DNA of 64,000 bases from Myxococcota bacterium (GTDB lineage Bacteria > Myxococcota_A > SURF-8), in NCBI GenBank assembly GCA_963674735.2, contig CAXXQS010000001.1, positions 2,208,001-2,272,000 on the forward strand. Direction: 5' to 3'. The notes below the pieces were generated by a model. That model was not told the DNA's origin. It searched no databases and saw only the letters and a program-made list of their open reading frames with translations. Every line of letters starts with the position of its first letter. Position 1 is the first letter of the stretch. Made by a program: the position numbers and the translations under genes. Of the stretch, positions 10,001-19,219 are shown piece by piece.

Positions 10001-12618
10001 GACATCTGATTCAACGTAGTGGAACAACCGGAACCATCGACTACAGCTTCGATGACAACGGATCCATCGAACAAATCGAGCTCGACACCGGAGAAGTCCG
10101 CAATTTCCGCAGTCCGATGCAATCCGCCTATCCCGACAAAATCGTCACCTCCGAGAACGCCTGCGCGGAAATGATCGACGGGGAAGACCATCTGCATGTA
10201 ACCTGCTACGGAGACAACGGCGAACCGGCCAGTTACAGTCTCAACGGTGAAACTCTAACCATTCAGCGGCAGTTCATTCCCATCCAGGGCGATCAGATCA
10301 TCACGATGAGCAGCGGTGACCAAGAAGCGGTACACACTCAGGTGGACAACCGAGGTCGGATTGTCGAACAGCGCTTGTGGGGAACGACCGTTCTACAGCA
10401 AAGTTTCGATGATGAATGGGGCGAATACGACTTGAGTTATTACGCGGAAGGCTGTTCGGTTGACTTTTACGACGACTATACAAGCTATTATTGCAACGGC
10501 GTCTCAACTTACATCTACCATGATGAAAACGGTTTTCCGACGGAAATCTGGGACGATCAGGACAATGTCTATACGATCACCTGCGATATGGCTGGAAACG
10601 TGACGAAAATCACCGATCCGGAGGATGGAGAAACGATACTGGTCCGTGACGATTTAGGCCGGATCGTCTCACGCACCGATCCCCTCAACCGTGAAACGAC
10701 TTATACCTACAATCCAGGTGGTGAAATGACCGGCCTGACGGATGACGCCGGTGCCAGTTTCAGCGCTGAAATCCAGCGAAGCGCCACCTGCGACGCCTGC
10801 GAAACCTCCGGCGTGGATATGCTGGGCACCATCACCGATCCTTTCGACGAAGATTGGAACGCGACCATTCGATCCGACGGTCGCATCGCGGCGCTGATCA
10901 TGCCCAACGGAAACCGGATAGATTACAATTACAACGGTAATCGACTGCTAAGTGGCGTCTCCGCAGCCGGACAGGAAGCGACACTCGACTACGATGGTCA
11001 TAACCAGCCAAGCAACATCACGCTCGGTGGCGTGAACACCGCTTATACGTACACGGCCCAAGAACGCTTGCACTCCGCCGAATCGACAGACTTTCTGCTG
11101 ACTCGAGACTGGGATCTGGAAAACCAGGTTGTGATAGAAAGCCTTACCGATAAAGCCACCGGCGACACACGTAACTTGACCATCGGTTTCGACCCGACCC
11201 AAGGTGTCGATACCTCTGTCACATTCGATGATGAAACCGTCTGGAATTTGGACTTCAATTACCTGGAAGACTGGGAACTGAGCGAAGAAGGCGGTGTCAG
11301 TATCGCGGTCAGCGCCCGAAACGGCATGTTTGAGGATATCTATATCGAAAATGGCGACGGCCAAACCGTCCTGCGCGAGAGCGTCTCATTCGATTCCCTG
11401 CAGCGCATCGAATGGATTTACGGCGAGACCCAGTCGGACTGGGCAACCCTCACCTACACCTATCCCGACGGAAGCAATCAGCCAAGCCGTGCGGAATGGG
11501 ACATCCCCGGCTTCGACAATTGGAGCTTCGGCTACAACGGCATGGGTCGGCTCACCTCCATGACCGGCTCCGCCAATCTGACTTACACTTACGATAAAGC
11601 CGGACGCCTGGCATCCAGCAACTACGCCGGGAGCTTGACTTACAACACAGCCTGGCAGGTTCTATCGAATTCACTCTACACATACACCTACGATGCTGCC
11701 GGTCGCCGAGCAACCCGCACGAACCTCGGAACAAGCGAATTTTGGCGCTACACCTACAACGCCTTCGATCAACTTGTAACGGTCGAGAAATTCGCGACTT
11801 CATCAGCAAGCAGCCCGACGTCCACCGTTTCGCTGGTTTACGATCCGATCGGTCGCCTGGCGCGAATCGATCAAGATGGTGACATCACGCAATATCAATG
11901 GTATGAATATACGCTCGTGGGCGAATACGACGGTTCGGGCGATTTGCTGCGCCGTTACATTCCGGCCTATCATTCGGACGGCCTGGCGGTTTTACAACAA
12001 GGCGGCCGAAATTATTACGCCCTGCTCGATCGTAACGGGTCGATACTGCGGCTTGTCAACGACAGCGGCCAAACACAGGCCTCGTATCGTTATGACGCAT
12101 ATGGCCGAGTGCTAGCCGCCTCCGGAACTTTGGCCCTGCAACCGCGCCGCTTTGCAGGAGCGTTGTGGCTGGAATCGGTTGGCTTGTATTACCTCCGCTT
12201 CCGCTATCTCGATCCCGAGATCGGCCAGTTCATCAGCCGGGATGCGAAGTGGAAACTGAAACTTGAACCTTACATGTACTGCGATGGCCGTCCATTCCGC
12301 TGCACCGATCCTTTGGGTCTGGAAGGCGAAGCCAGCCAAGCCGGAAACTTGGCTCGTGGATCGATCTGGACTTCAGCCAAAGCGGCAGCGGGACCGGTGG
12401 GTAACATCATCGATTTGGGCGAAGGCTTGAGCGGCTACAGACCCGGCGATCGTCGCCATAACGCCAGCCACGGCATGCGAAAGGTGGCCAGCATCACGTT
12501 TTTAGATAAAAGCCCGACCTATCGTCGCGCGATGGACAACATGGACAGCTTCTTCAACTTATTCGATGATGACGACGACGATGATGACGACGATGACGAG
12601 GATGACCCCTGCGATTAG
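7018..12618 (+). CDS. Lipid-anchored RHS/YD-repeat (teneurin-like) protein
   Basis: Lipobox IFSAC; carboxypeptidase-regulatory-like domain; ZU5-like segment ending THFSPF; SPFGAGWSL; many YD repeats; RHS core GLYYLRFRYLDPEIGQFISRD...DPLGL. Confidence 0.88.
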   Translation: MAMRNTNAKLSIWVLLIVFLAIFSACGGSGEDDERDRDKDPDDGDTDDELTPGSCDASFTLDASDDETARKEFLLTFTVGDCNDIDEIGVMNGDRFYKATALTADRFRRYVPMEEGTNDLSVVLWDSGNHEFTSDSIEVTYSPQAPQATASSGYIHGSVINETSQAPISEATVYVRDIDGEMESDTEGHFVFPTPGTGRFLVTVEKDGFTLGQAWIGVRTRSHASLKPLHLVPLDSKTTRITAAEGGEMENSSGDITMSVPSGALRADVDVSGLSFPSYRSLPAELPDSSGWTQALELFPEGVHFDKPALVRQENINGFPPGFKVPAGYYNRDKGAWEPEGMATVSEDGQWLEFEATHFSPFDLNLPINPRDPADSETGDQDDCNKGTRGSSIVDDLGGQLTLYHPISRYIEQNNPQTLYLQYNSGAAAGEIDVLIPIMANGGQDVQRLEADLGFMGHYRHLAGEADGGEGYWAGARFPTDTPDGNPIPNGLYPVSFDLTKFQTSTYMTADYFGAGGLKDSGVPTREALPFTSRKAVPALINDRRESPFGAGWSLDVMEELVFDEETGYAVWYRGDRRPLALLSGLPTGDPIVLDNFDYYEIKQHAYDNQGRLYILMESGEIYRAPSRDQVASATLLATIEDTEYLIFNDSDLYAMTDDSELISIDEAGDTTLLWNLNEKYVLDQFWGTDELSSIKMLFVETGAVIDQNGYLWVLGIDSQVGENQSSLLPLVIRVDISGSAPVFEYYQIARLSDWWGPVSLSYDRVEHALYYVFYGESQLRRFDILGLNESFITWNDDFNTESEGTLVRGSGSDSYFLSEYKLLRISPEGLITSLAQDEIDQAWAFGMEIRQVALQPDGTASFIAVNQDDDGVLTQADYQRAVDIEKLIVATRSDSGATLAVRGETHTFDADGRIVAVTDAQGHSSSYTYDGTHLVSYTSPLGHTTTFDYPNPTSTVITDPAGVTRSLSLDAQNHLTQISESGGSTLNFSYDAKGHLIQRSGTTGTIDYSFDDNGSIEQIELDTGEVRNFRSPMQSAYPDKIVTSENACAEMIDGEDHLHVTCYGDNGEPASYSLNGETLTIQRQFIPIQGDQIITMSSGDQEAVHTQVDNRGRIVEQRLWGTTVLQQSFDDEWGEYDLSYYAEGCSVDFYDDYTSYYCNGVSTYIYHDENGFPTEIWDDQDNVYTITCDMAGNVTKITDPEDGETILVRDDLGRIVSRTDPLNRETTYTYNPGGEMTGLTDDAGASFSAEIQRSATCDACETSGVDMLGTITDPFDEDWNATIRSDGRIAALIMPNGNRIDYNYNGNRLLSGVSAAGQEATLDYDGHNQPSNITLGGVNTAYTYTAQERLHSAESTDFLLTRDWDLENQVVIESLTDKATGDTRNLTIGFDPTQGVDTSVTFDDETVWNLDFNYLEDWELSEEGGVSIAVSARNGMFEDIYIENGDGQTVLRESVSFDSLQRIEWIYGETQSDWATLTYTYPDGSNQPSRAEWDIPGFDNWSFGYNGMGRLTSMTGSANLTYTYDKAGRLASSNYAGSLTYNTAWQVLSNSLYTYTYDAAGRRATRTNLGTSEFWRYTYNAFDQLVTVEKFATSSASSPTSTVSLVYDPIGRLARIDQDGDITQYQWYEYTLVGEYDGSGDLLRRYIPAYHSDGLAVLQQGGRNYYALLDRNGSILRLVNDSGQTQASYRYDAYGRVLAASGTLALQPRRFAGALWLESVGLYYLRFRYLDPEIGQFISRDAKWKLKLEPYMYCDGRPFRCTDPLGLEGEASQAGNLARGSIWTSAKAAAGPVGNIIDLGEGLSGYRPGDRRHNASHGMRKVASITFLDKSPTYRRAMDNMDSFFNLFDDDDDDDDDDDEDDPCD
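12565..12606 (+). repeat. GAY trinucleotide run encoding D11-E-D2 poly-aspartate tail
   Basis: GATGATGACGACGACGATGATGACGACGATGACGAGGATGAC. Confidence 0.9.
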
Positions 12619-12678
12619 CACCGCGTTCTCGCCAAAACGGTAGCATTGGAGTTCTTGAGCAACAACAGGATGTAATCG

Positions 12679-14805
12679 ATGGATTGGCCGCAATCGGCTT
12701 CCGGGCACCCGGATCATAGACAAAACGGGTTCTATCTCGTCCTTTTGGCGGCCCTTCCCTTTCTCATCTTCGCGGATGCTCTTTTTTCGCCTTTAAAAGC
12801 CATTGGCGGCGATAATCTGCAGTTATACTGGCCCGACCTGGTCTATTTGTTCAACAGCCTGCGCGACGGCCACTTTCCGCTCTGGGATCCCTACGAACGC
12901 GCCGGAGATCCGTTTATCAGCGACCCGCAAAACGGAATCTTTTATCCGCTCAACTATCTGTTCATCGCCGCAGCCATGCTTTTGGGAAAGCTTTCGTTTA
13001 CCTTGCAGGAAATCAAGGTTCTCGTGCATCTTGCCATCGCGGGGACGGGGATGTTCGTGTTTTTGCAGCGCAAACTGAAACTCGCCCCCAGCGCCGCCTT
13101 CATCGGCGCTCTCGTGTTTCTTCTACAGCCCTATTTTGCCGGACACATTCGCCATATCCTGCTTCTCCCCGCCGCTTACCTGCCCTGGATTCTGTTCACC
13201 TTGCACGCCATGCGTCACCAAGACTCTTTCCGCGCGCTCGGTGCGTTCAGCCTTCTATGCGGCATCGTCCTGGTGGCCGGAAGCCCGCCGGGAGCATGGT
13301 ATACGTTGTTGTTCGCGGCTTTGTATGCGCTCTTTCTGCTGAGCCAACCCTCACCCGTCATCGGCCGTTTGCGCTTTGTTGGAATGGGGATTTGCGGCCT
13401 CCTGTGCGCCTTAATGATCAGCTGTGTGGTCTGGCTTCCGGCTTTGCAACACATTCCGTTCTCGGTCGTCGAAAACCGCAGTTTCGACTACCTTTCCAGC
13501 ATGAGCCTACGGCTGCACGAACTAAAGCATCTCGTCATCGCCGGCCCCACCAGTGAAGAGCGCTGGGTGTATATCGGCTTTGTACCGGTTCTACTGGCGC
13601 TGGGCGCTTGTGTTCAACGACGATTACGCCATCAAGTTTTGTTCTGGTGGCTAGTGGCCACCTTCTTTCTGCTGGTCCTGGTAGGCCGCGAGCTTCCCGC
13701 TTTTCGCGTTTTAAGCGCTTTGCCGGGATTCGACCTCTTCCGCCACCCAGTGCGTTATATCCTCCTTCCCGGAGCGGCTCTGTCCATCTTGGCGGGTATC
13801 GGTCTGGATACCCTGCAAAAGGCGCTGTACTCACGCCTCAATCCTGTTTCGGTTTCGGCACGGATGGCAAGATGGGGAATCCCGATCGGCGTCTCGGTCC
13901 TGATCATGGCAACATTGGCCCCTCCCATGCGCACCATCGGCCTGCAAACCCTCAAGCAGTCGCCCAGCGCCACCAATGCAAAAGCGATTGAAATGAACGG
14001 CCTCGCCAGAGATTGGAGAATGCTGGACGAAGGGTACATCAGCAACGGTCCGGGCGACCGCCTGTCGCTGAGAGATTTCAGGGGATATGCCACGAATTTC
14101 GTGTATTTCCGCTGGGCTAAAGTCCGACAGGCGATGAGGCACCGTCCGGAATTGCTCAGTTTGTACAATGTCCGCTACTACGGTCCTCATCCAACCGATT
14201 TTCACGCCACGGTTCCTCGTATCGGGAACAAACCTGGTTGGAGCCTCAAATCTCCCGGTCTTTACGAAAACCCCACCGCCTGGCCCGCCGCGTTCTGGAC
14301 ACCGGCTGCCAGACTGGTCAGAGACCACAAGCAAGCTCTGCAACAACTTAAATATACAAAGACTTTCTCGGCTGAAGCCATTCTGGAACGCAACCAGCTC
14401 CCGTCGAGCGACATCCCTCAACCCCTACTCTCTCATACAAAAAAGAAAAGCCCCGAACCTGTTACGATCAAACCGGCCAAAATCATCTCGTTGTCATCCA
14501 ATATGGCCGATGTTGAAGTCAACGCCGCTTCAGTCGGGCTGTTGATCGTCAACGAAACCTGGTATCCCGGTTGGACAGCTTGGCTAGGCGAACGAAAATT
14601 GGAAGTCTTTCCGGCTAATTACCTGCAGCGAGCAGTCGTTGTCCCGGCGGGTCGACACCGAGTCCACTTCGAATTCCAACCTGATAACCTGACCGCGACT
14701 CTGATTATCAGTGTGCTGGGTCTCTTAGCCGCAATCTTGCTGCTTTTCATGGGAAAGAGATTCCATTCGGCGAAAATTCAGTCTTCCATGCACGTGTCCC
14801 GTTAG
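12679..14805 (+). CDS. YfhO-family polytopic membrane protein (GT-C-like)
   Basis: PLWDPYERAGDPF..DPQNGIFYPLN, many TM helices, C-terminal ETWYPGWTA..ANYLQRAVVVPAGRHRV. Confidence 0.8.
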   Translation: MDWPQSASGHPDHRQNGFYLVLLAALPFLIFADALFSPLKAIGGDNLQLYWPDLVYLFNSLRDGHFPLWDPYERAGDPFISDPQNGIFYPLNYLFIAAAMLLGKLSFTLQEIKVLVHLAIAGTGMFVFLQRKLKLAPSAAFIGALVFLLQPYFAGHIRHILLLPAAYLPWILFTLHAMRHQDSFRALGAFSLLCGIVLVAGSPPGAWYTLLFAALYALFLLSQPSPVIGRLRFVGMGICGLLCALMISCVVWLPALQHIPFSVVENRSFDYLSSMSLRLHELKHLVIAGPTSEERWVYIGFVPVLLALGACVQRRLRHQVLFWWLVATFFLLVLVGRELPAFRVLSALPGFDLFRHPVRYILLPGAALSILAGIGLDTLQKALYSRLNPVSVSARMARWGIPIGVSVLIMATLAPPMRTIGLQTLKQSPSATNAKAIEMNGLARDWRMLDEGYISNGPGDRLSLRDFRGYATNFVYFRWAKVRQAMRHRPELLSLYNVRYYGPHPTDFHATVPRIGNKPGWSLKSPGLYENPTAWPAAFWTPAARLVRDHKQALQQLKYTKTFSAEAILERNQLPSSDIPQPLLSHTKKKSPEPVTIKPAKIISLSSNMADVEVNAASVGLLIVNETWYPGWTAWLGERKLEVFPANYLQRAVVVPAGRHRVHFEFQPDNLTATLIISVLGLLAAILLLFMGKRFHSAKIQSSMHVSR

Positions 14806-14880
14806 CTTCATTTGACCGACCCTCCTACTTTCTGTTATTCTGGGTGTTCTGCAGTATAACCGGTCAAGGAGACGGCAAGC

Positions 14881-17028
14881 ATGAATGCAAGGCGACGATG
14901 GCGGTCAACTGTCGTATTCAGTTTGATGACCATCGTCCTCGCCGTGATGTGCCTGAACTGCTCAAGAAACGCGTCTTCCGAAGACCAGAAGACAAGCGAT
15001 AGCGATTCGAATCCTTCCCAATTAGCCAAACCAATGTACGTTGCAAAGGGAGATCTCGCGGATATCCTGGCCCGCGATGAACTTCGCGTTCTGATCCCCA
15101 AACGTAACAATCGGCGTTTTCTGCCTCGCGGCGGTCTCCCTATCGAGGCCGAAATGGAGCTGGTCGAATCGTTTGCCAAAACCCAAGGCATTCAAATTGA
15201 ATGGATTCATACCGACAATCATCGCGATCTTTTACCCAACTTACTCGCAGGTAAAGGAGACCTGGTAGCCGCATCGTTGACGGTGACACCGGCACGAAAA
15301 GAAAAAGTCGCATTCTCCGTTCCGACGGCCGTCATCAAGGAACAGGTTGTCGTACGAGCGAACGACCCTAACCCACCCAAATCCATAGAGGAACTGGTCG
15401 GTCGCCAAATTGCGGTGCGACGATCCTCATCCTATTGGGACACCTTGACGGAGTTGAAGAAAACCCATCCGGGCCTTCGCTTCGGCGCCGTTCCGGAAAC
15501 AATCGATACGCAAGAAATCCTCGGTGGCGTCTCCTCGGGTAAATATGATATCACCATTGCCGACAACAACCTGCTTCGCGCCGTAATGGCCTATGATTAC
15601 AACCTAAAGCCGTCGTTCGATCTCTCCGGAGAACGCGCTACGGCCTGGGCTGTGCGCCCGGATGCCCCTGAGTTGCTCAAAGCACTTGACCGCTTTCTGA
15701 ATCGCGAAAAGCTTGCGACTCACTCACCCAAACGATATCGAGACGACTTTCCGCAGCTTCTACAAAGAAAGACCTTGCGCCTGATCACACGAAACAGCGC
15801 CGCCACTTATTTCCTATGGCGCGGTAAACTGCTCGGCTTCGAATATGAATTGATTCGACGTTTCGCCAAAAAACATGGCATGCGCGTCGAAGTGGTCGTC
15901 CCCCCGGCCCGTGGTGATTTAATCCCCTGGCTGACAGAAGGACGGGGAGACCTCATCGCAGCCGCCATGACGGTAACCGACGAACGCCGGAAGCTCGAAT
16001 CGATTGCACCGACAACACCTTACAACATGGTTTCGGAGATTTTAGTCGCTCGTGCCGATGATGCCAAAAAAATCCAGTCTTTAAAAGACCTCGAAGACCG
16101 AAAGATCGTGGTCCGGCGCAGCTCCAGTTATTGGTCCACACTCGAAAAGCTGAAATCGGAAGGCGCGGGATTCCGGTTGGTTCAGGCTCCGGAAGAACTC
16201 GAAACCGAGGAAATCATCGCACGTGTAGCAAGCGGAGAATACGATCTGACCCTGGCGGATAGCCATATCCTGGATATCGAACTAACTTGGCGCAGCGATG
16301 TCGACGCCGCGTTCCCACTCGGCGACCCGGTTCCGCAAGCTTGGTTCGTTCGCGCCGATAACCCGCAACTACTTGCCGCATTAAACCGATTTATTTCCGA
16401 AGAATACAAGCAAACGACTTACAACATTCTCTACAAAAAATATTTCAAGAATCAGCGCAAAATCCGTAAACACATTCAGTTTCGCGCGAAATCGGTCGGT
16501 CAGCTTTCCCCATATGACGATCTGGTCAAGAAATTTGCGGCCCGTTACGGTTTCGATTGGCGCTTGATCGTGGCTCAGATGTTCGAGGAAAGTCAGTTCG
16601 ACCCCAACGCCCAGTCCTTCGCCGGAGCGGTCGGCCTGATGCAAGTCCTTCCTCGCACCGGCCGCCAATATGGATTCAAGAATCTGCATCACCCCGAGAC
16701 CTCTATTCACGCCGGAACACGATATCTGGCCTATCTACGCGATAGGCTGGACAGCGAGTTATCTGTCAAAGATCGCATGTGGATGGCCTTGGCCGCCTAC
16801 AATGCCGGATATGGACATCTATTTGACGCTCGCCGTATCGCAGAGCAAAAAGGATGGAACCCCAACCGCTGGTTCGATCATGTCGAAAAAGCGATGCTGC
16901 TGTTGTCCCGGCCCGCTTACGCCCGCCGCAGTCGCTACGGCTATGCACGCGGCCATGAAACCGTTCGTTATATCAGAGAAATACGACGACGCTATAATGC
17001 CTACCTGAACGCTGCACCCGTCGATTAG
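14881..17028 (+). CDS. mltF: MltF-like lytic transglycosylase with two tandem substrate-binding (SBP_bac_3) domains
   Basis: Two GxGDLxAA..VRRSSSYW repeats; SLT motifs EESQFDP, GAVGLMQV, AAYNAGYGH, ETVRYI. Confidence 0.85.
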   Translation: MNARRRWRSTVVFSLMTIVLAVMCLNCSRNASSEDQKTSDSDSNPSQLAKPMYVAKGDLADILARDELRVLIPKRNNRRFLPRGGLPIEAEMELVESFAKTQGIQIEWIHTDNHRDLLPNLLAGKGDLVAASLTVTPARKEKVAFSVPTAVIKEQVVVRANDPNPPKSIEELVGRQIAVRRSSSYWDTLTELKKTHPGLRFGAVPETIDTQEILGGVSSGKYDITIADNNLLRAVMAYDYNLKPSFDLSGERATAWAVRPDAPELLKALDRFLNREKLATHSPKRYRDDFPQLLQRKTLRLITRNSAATYFLWRGKLLGFEYELIRRFAKKHGMRVEVVVPPARGDLIPWLTEGRGDLIAAAMTVTDERRKLESIAPTTPYNMVSEILVARADDAKKIQSLKDLEDRKIVVRRSSSYWSTLEKLKSEGAGFRLVQAPEELETEEIIARVASGEYDLTLADSHILDIELTWRSDVDAAFPLGDPVPQAWFVRADNPQLLAALNRFISEEYKQTTYNILYKKYFKNQRKIRKHIQFRAKSVGQLSPYDDLVKKFAARYGFDWRLIVAQMFEESQFDPNAQSFAGAVGLMQVLPRTGRQYGFKNLHHPETSIHAGTRYLAYLRDRLDSELSVKDRMWMALAAYNAGYGHLFDARRIAEQKGWNPNRWFDHVEKAMLLLSRPAYARRSRYGYARGHETVRYIREIRRRYNAYLNAAPVD

Positions 17029-17113
17029 TCGCTCTTCTTTTCGGAATGATCCATCTTCGTAATCCATCTGTTTGACAGCGATGAGCCTGAACGACAAGAA
17101 AAGGGAGGTCGGC

Positions 17114-18226
17114 GTGCCGATTATTGAACAATCTCGACAAACAAGCCAAGCTTCTAACCCGAAAGAACCGATGGCGGGTGCACCAACCGACGAACGAGTT
17201 TTATTCCAGTCGCCTCTGGCTTATCGCCAACTGAAAGTATTGAGCATCGATCGCGAAACAGCAGATGCGACCGTTTTCACATTCGAAAATTCGCCAGACC
17301 ATCCTATTGCATTCAACCCAGGACAATACCTTGTTTTGTGGCTCAATATCGAGGGCCGCGACGTATACCGTGCCTACTCGATCTGCAGCGATCCGGCCGC
17401 GCACGACACCCTTTCCATTGTGGTGAAACGCGTACCAGGCGGTCGTGCCTCCAATTATTTGCTCGATCACGTCAAATCCGGGGACATCCTCCGCAGTATC
17501 GGTGCCAGCGGCGAGTTCTATCTGATTCCCGAGGCTCATGCCAAACGCCACGTGATTCTGGTCGGCGCCGGTTCCGGCATCGCGCCTCTCTTCAGCATGG
17601 CCCAATCGTTAAGTCGCACCGAAACCCACAGCCGGATCGACCTGGTCGATGTCAATCGGCACGGCGACGACATTATCTTTCGGAAATCATTGGACACCCT
17701 TGCGCAACAAAACCCGAATTTTCGTGTCACCCATTTATTAACCCAACCTCCCACCGACTGGCATGGAGCGGTTGGACGTCTCGAAGGCGACAATCTCACC
17801 CGCTATCTTGAAATCGACAGAGAAGCGCTCTACATCCTTTGTGGACCGGATGGCATGATGAAAACCGTCATGGGCTACCTCACCTCACGCGGGGTCATCA
17901 CCAACCACATCCGCTTTGAAGCATTCCACTCGGCCGTCTACTCGGATCGTCCCGAATCACAAGGCAAAGTCCATCAAGTTCGTTTTCGCCGCAGTAACCT
18001 CACATTAAGCGTTCCCGACAACCAAAGCCTGCTCGAAGCGGGACTCGTGGCGGGACTGCCTCTGTACGCCCACTGTACTCACGGAAACTGCGGCGTCTGT
18101 CAGGTTAAAATCGTATCGGGCCAGATCGAACGCGGTGAACCGAACACCCTTTCTCATGTCGAACCCGGAAATCTGACTCTTGCATGCTGTAGTTGGCCAC
18201 GCTCGGACTGTGAAATCGATGCCTAG
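17114..18226 (+). CDS. Ferredoxin-NAD(P) reductase family protein with C-terminal 2Fe-2S domain (PaaE/Hcr-like)
   Basis: RAYSI, GGRAS, GSGIAP, LCGP, CTHGNCGVC...C; GTG after GGGAGG. Confidence 0.85.
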   Translation: MPIIEQSRQTSQASNPKEPMAGAPTDERVLFQSPLAYRQLKVLSIDRETADATVFTFENSPDHPIAFNPGQYLVLWLNIEGRDVYRAYSICSDPAAHDTLSIVVKRVPGGRASNYLLDHVKSGDILRSIGASGEFYLIPEAHAKRHVILVGAGSGIAPLFSMAQSLSRTETHSRIDLVDVNRHGDDIIFRKSLDTLAQQNPNFRVTHLLTQPPTDWHGAVGRLEGDNLTRYLEIDREALYILCGPDGMMKTVMGYLTSRGVITNHIRFEAFHSAVYSDRPESQGKVHQVRFRRSNLTLSVPDNQSLLEAGLVAGLPLYAHCTHGNCGVCQVKIVSGQIERGEPNTLSHVEPGNLTLACCSWPRSDCEIDA

Positions 18227-18276
18227 CTCGTCACCCGATTAATTCAGGTCATGTAATTCATTTCGTTCAATATTGA

Positions 18277-18305
18277 TTGACACGGATATCAACAAGCGCT
18301 AACAT
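18277..18305 (+). promoter_or_regulatory. Putative sigma70 promoter
   Basis: TTGACA-N17-TAACAT. Confidence 0.55.
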
Positions 18306-18356
18306 CACTCCATAAGAGACTTATGCAGACAATAACGAATGGGTGGAGGAAGGTCG

Positions 18357-19115
18357 ATGGCCTGTCAAATCGAAGCGTCGGTTGGGGAAGGCGGAGCCAA
18401 CCGCAAGAAAGATGTTCGGAACATCCAAAAAGCTTTGAACACCTTGTATCCGAAAGTGAAATTAACCCTGGACGGTCTGATCGGACCGGCCACGATCCGC
18501 AAAATCAAAGCCTTTCAGAAAACTTTCATGCGACAGCCGGATGGACGCATCGATCCGGGCGGGCGCAGTTTAGGCAAACTCAATGAGCGGCTGGATGCAA
18601 AGAAATCGACCGAACCCGCTGCCGCCTCCACAAACGTTTCTCCTAAGGCAGAAAACACAAAAACGCGAAAGATAACTTGGACCGGCGACAGCGCCCGCTG
18701 GTCGCAGGAAAAGAAATTGAAAAGTCTACGCCCCGACTTCCGGACCAAAGTTGAAAAGATGCTTGAAGAATTGGATCAGCGAGGTTTTCAACCGAAAGTG
18801 TTTTACGGTTGGCGTTCGGTGGCCGTTCAAAAGGAACTTTACGACAAGGGTCGCAGTAAAGTGACCTTCAGTTTCCATAACGCCCAGCATCCCGACGGCA
18901 CACCGTGCAGTTGCGCGGTCGATATCATCGACAAACGCTGGGCGTGGGGGGCTGCTGCGATGAAAAACGGTTTCTGGGAAGCGCTCGGCGAAGCCGCTCG
19001 CAAGCAAAACTGCGTGTGGGGCGGCGACTGGAAAAGCTTCAAAGACTGGGCGCACGTTCAATCATTCCCCAACAATCAGCTCGGTCGAATCAAACGCGAA
19101 AGCGGTCTTGCATAG
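18357..19115 (+). CDS. Peptidoglycan-binding domain + M15 (L-Ala-D-Glu-type) metallopeptidase
   Basis: SVG.GGAN..DV..IQ..LN..DGLIGPATI..FQ PG-binding domain; RS..Q, SFH..AVDI, WGGDWKSFKDWAH. Confidence 0.82.
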   Translation: MACQIEASVGEGGANRKKDVRNIQKALNTLYPKVKLTLDGLIGPATIRKIKAFQKTFMRQPDGRIDPGGRSLGKLNERLDAKKSTEPAAASTNVSPKAENTKTRKITWTGDSARWSQEKKLKSLRPDFRTKVEKMLEELDQRGFQPKVFYGWRSVAVQKELYDKGRSKVTFSFHNAQHPDGTPCSCAVDIIDKRWAWGAAAMKNGFWEALGEAARKQNCVWGGDWKSFKDWAHVQSFPNNQLGRIKRESGLA

Positions 19116-19160
19116 CAAGATTCACCTGGACAAAACGGATTCCCAACCTACACAAATGAA

Positions 19161-19190
19161 AAACGCCGCAGAATCAACTCTGCGGCGTTT
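19161..19190. terminator. Bidirectional intrinsic terminator between convergent M15 and dsrP genes
   Basis: AAACGCCGCAGA-loop-TCTGCGGCGTTT. Confidence 0.7.
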
Positions 19191-19219
19191 CGTATTTCGG
19201 GAAAATCAGCTAGCTAGGT

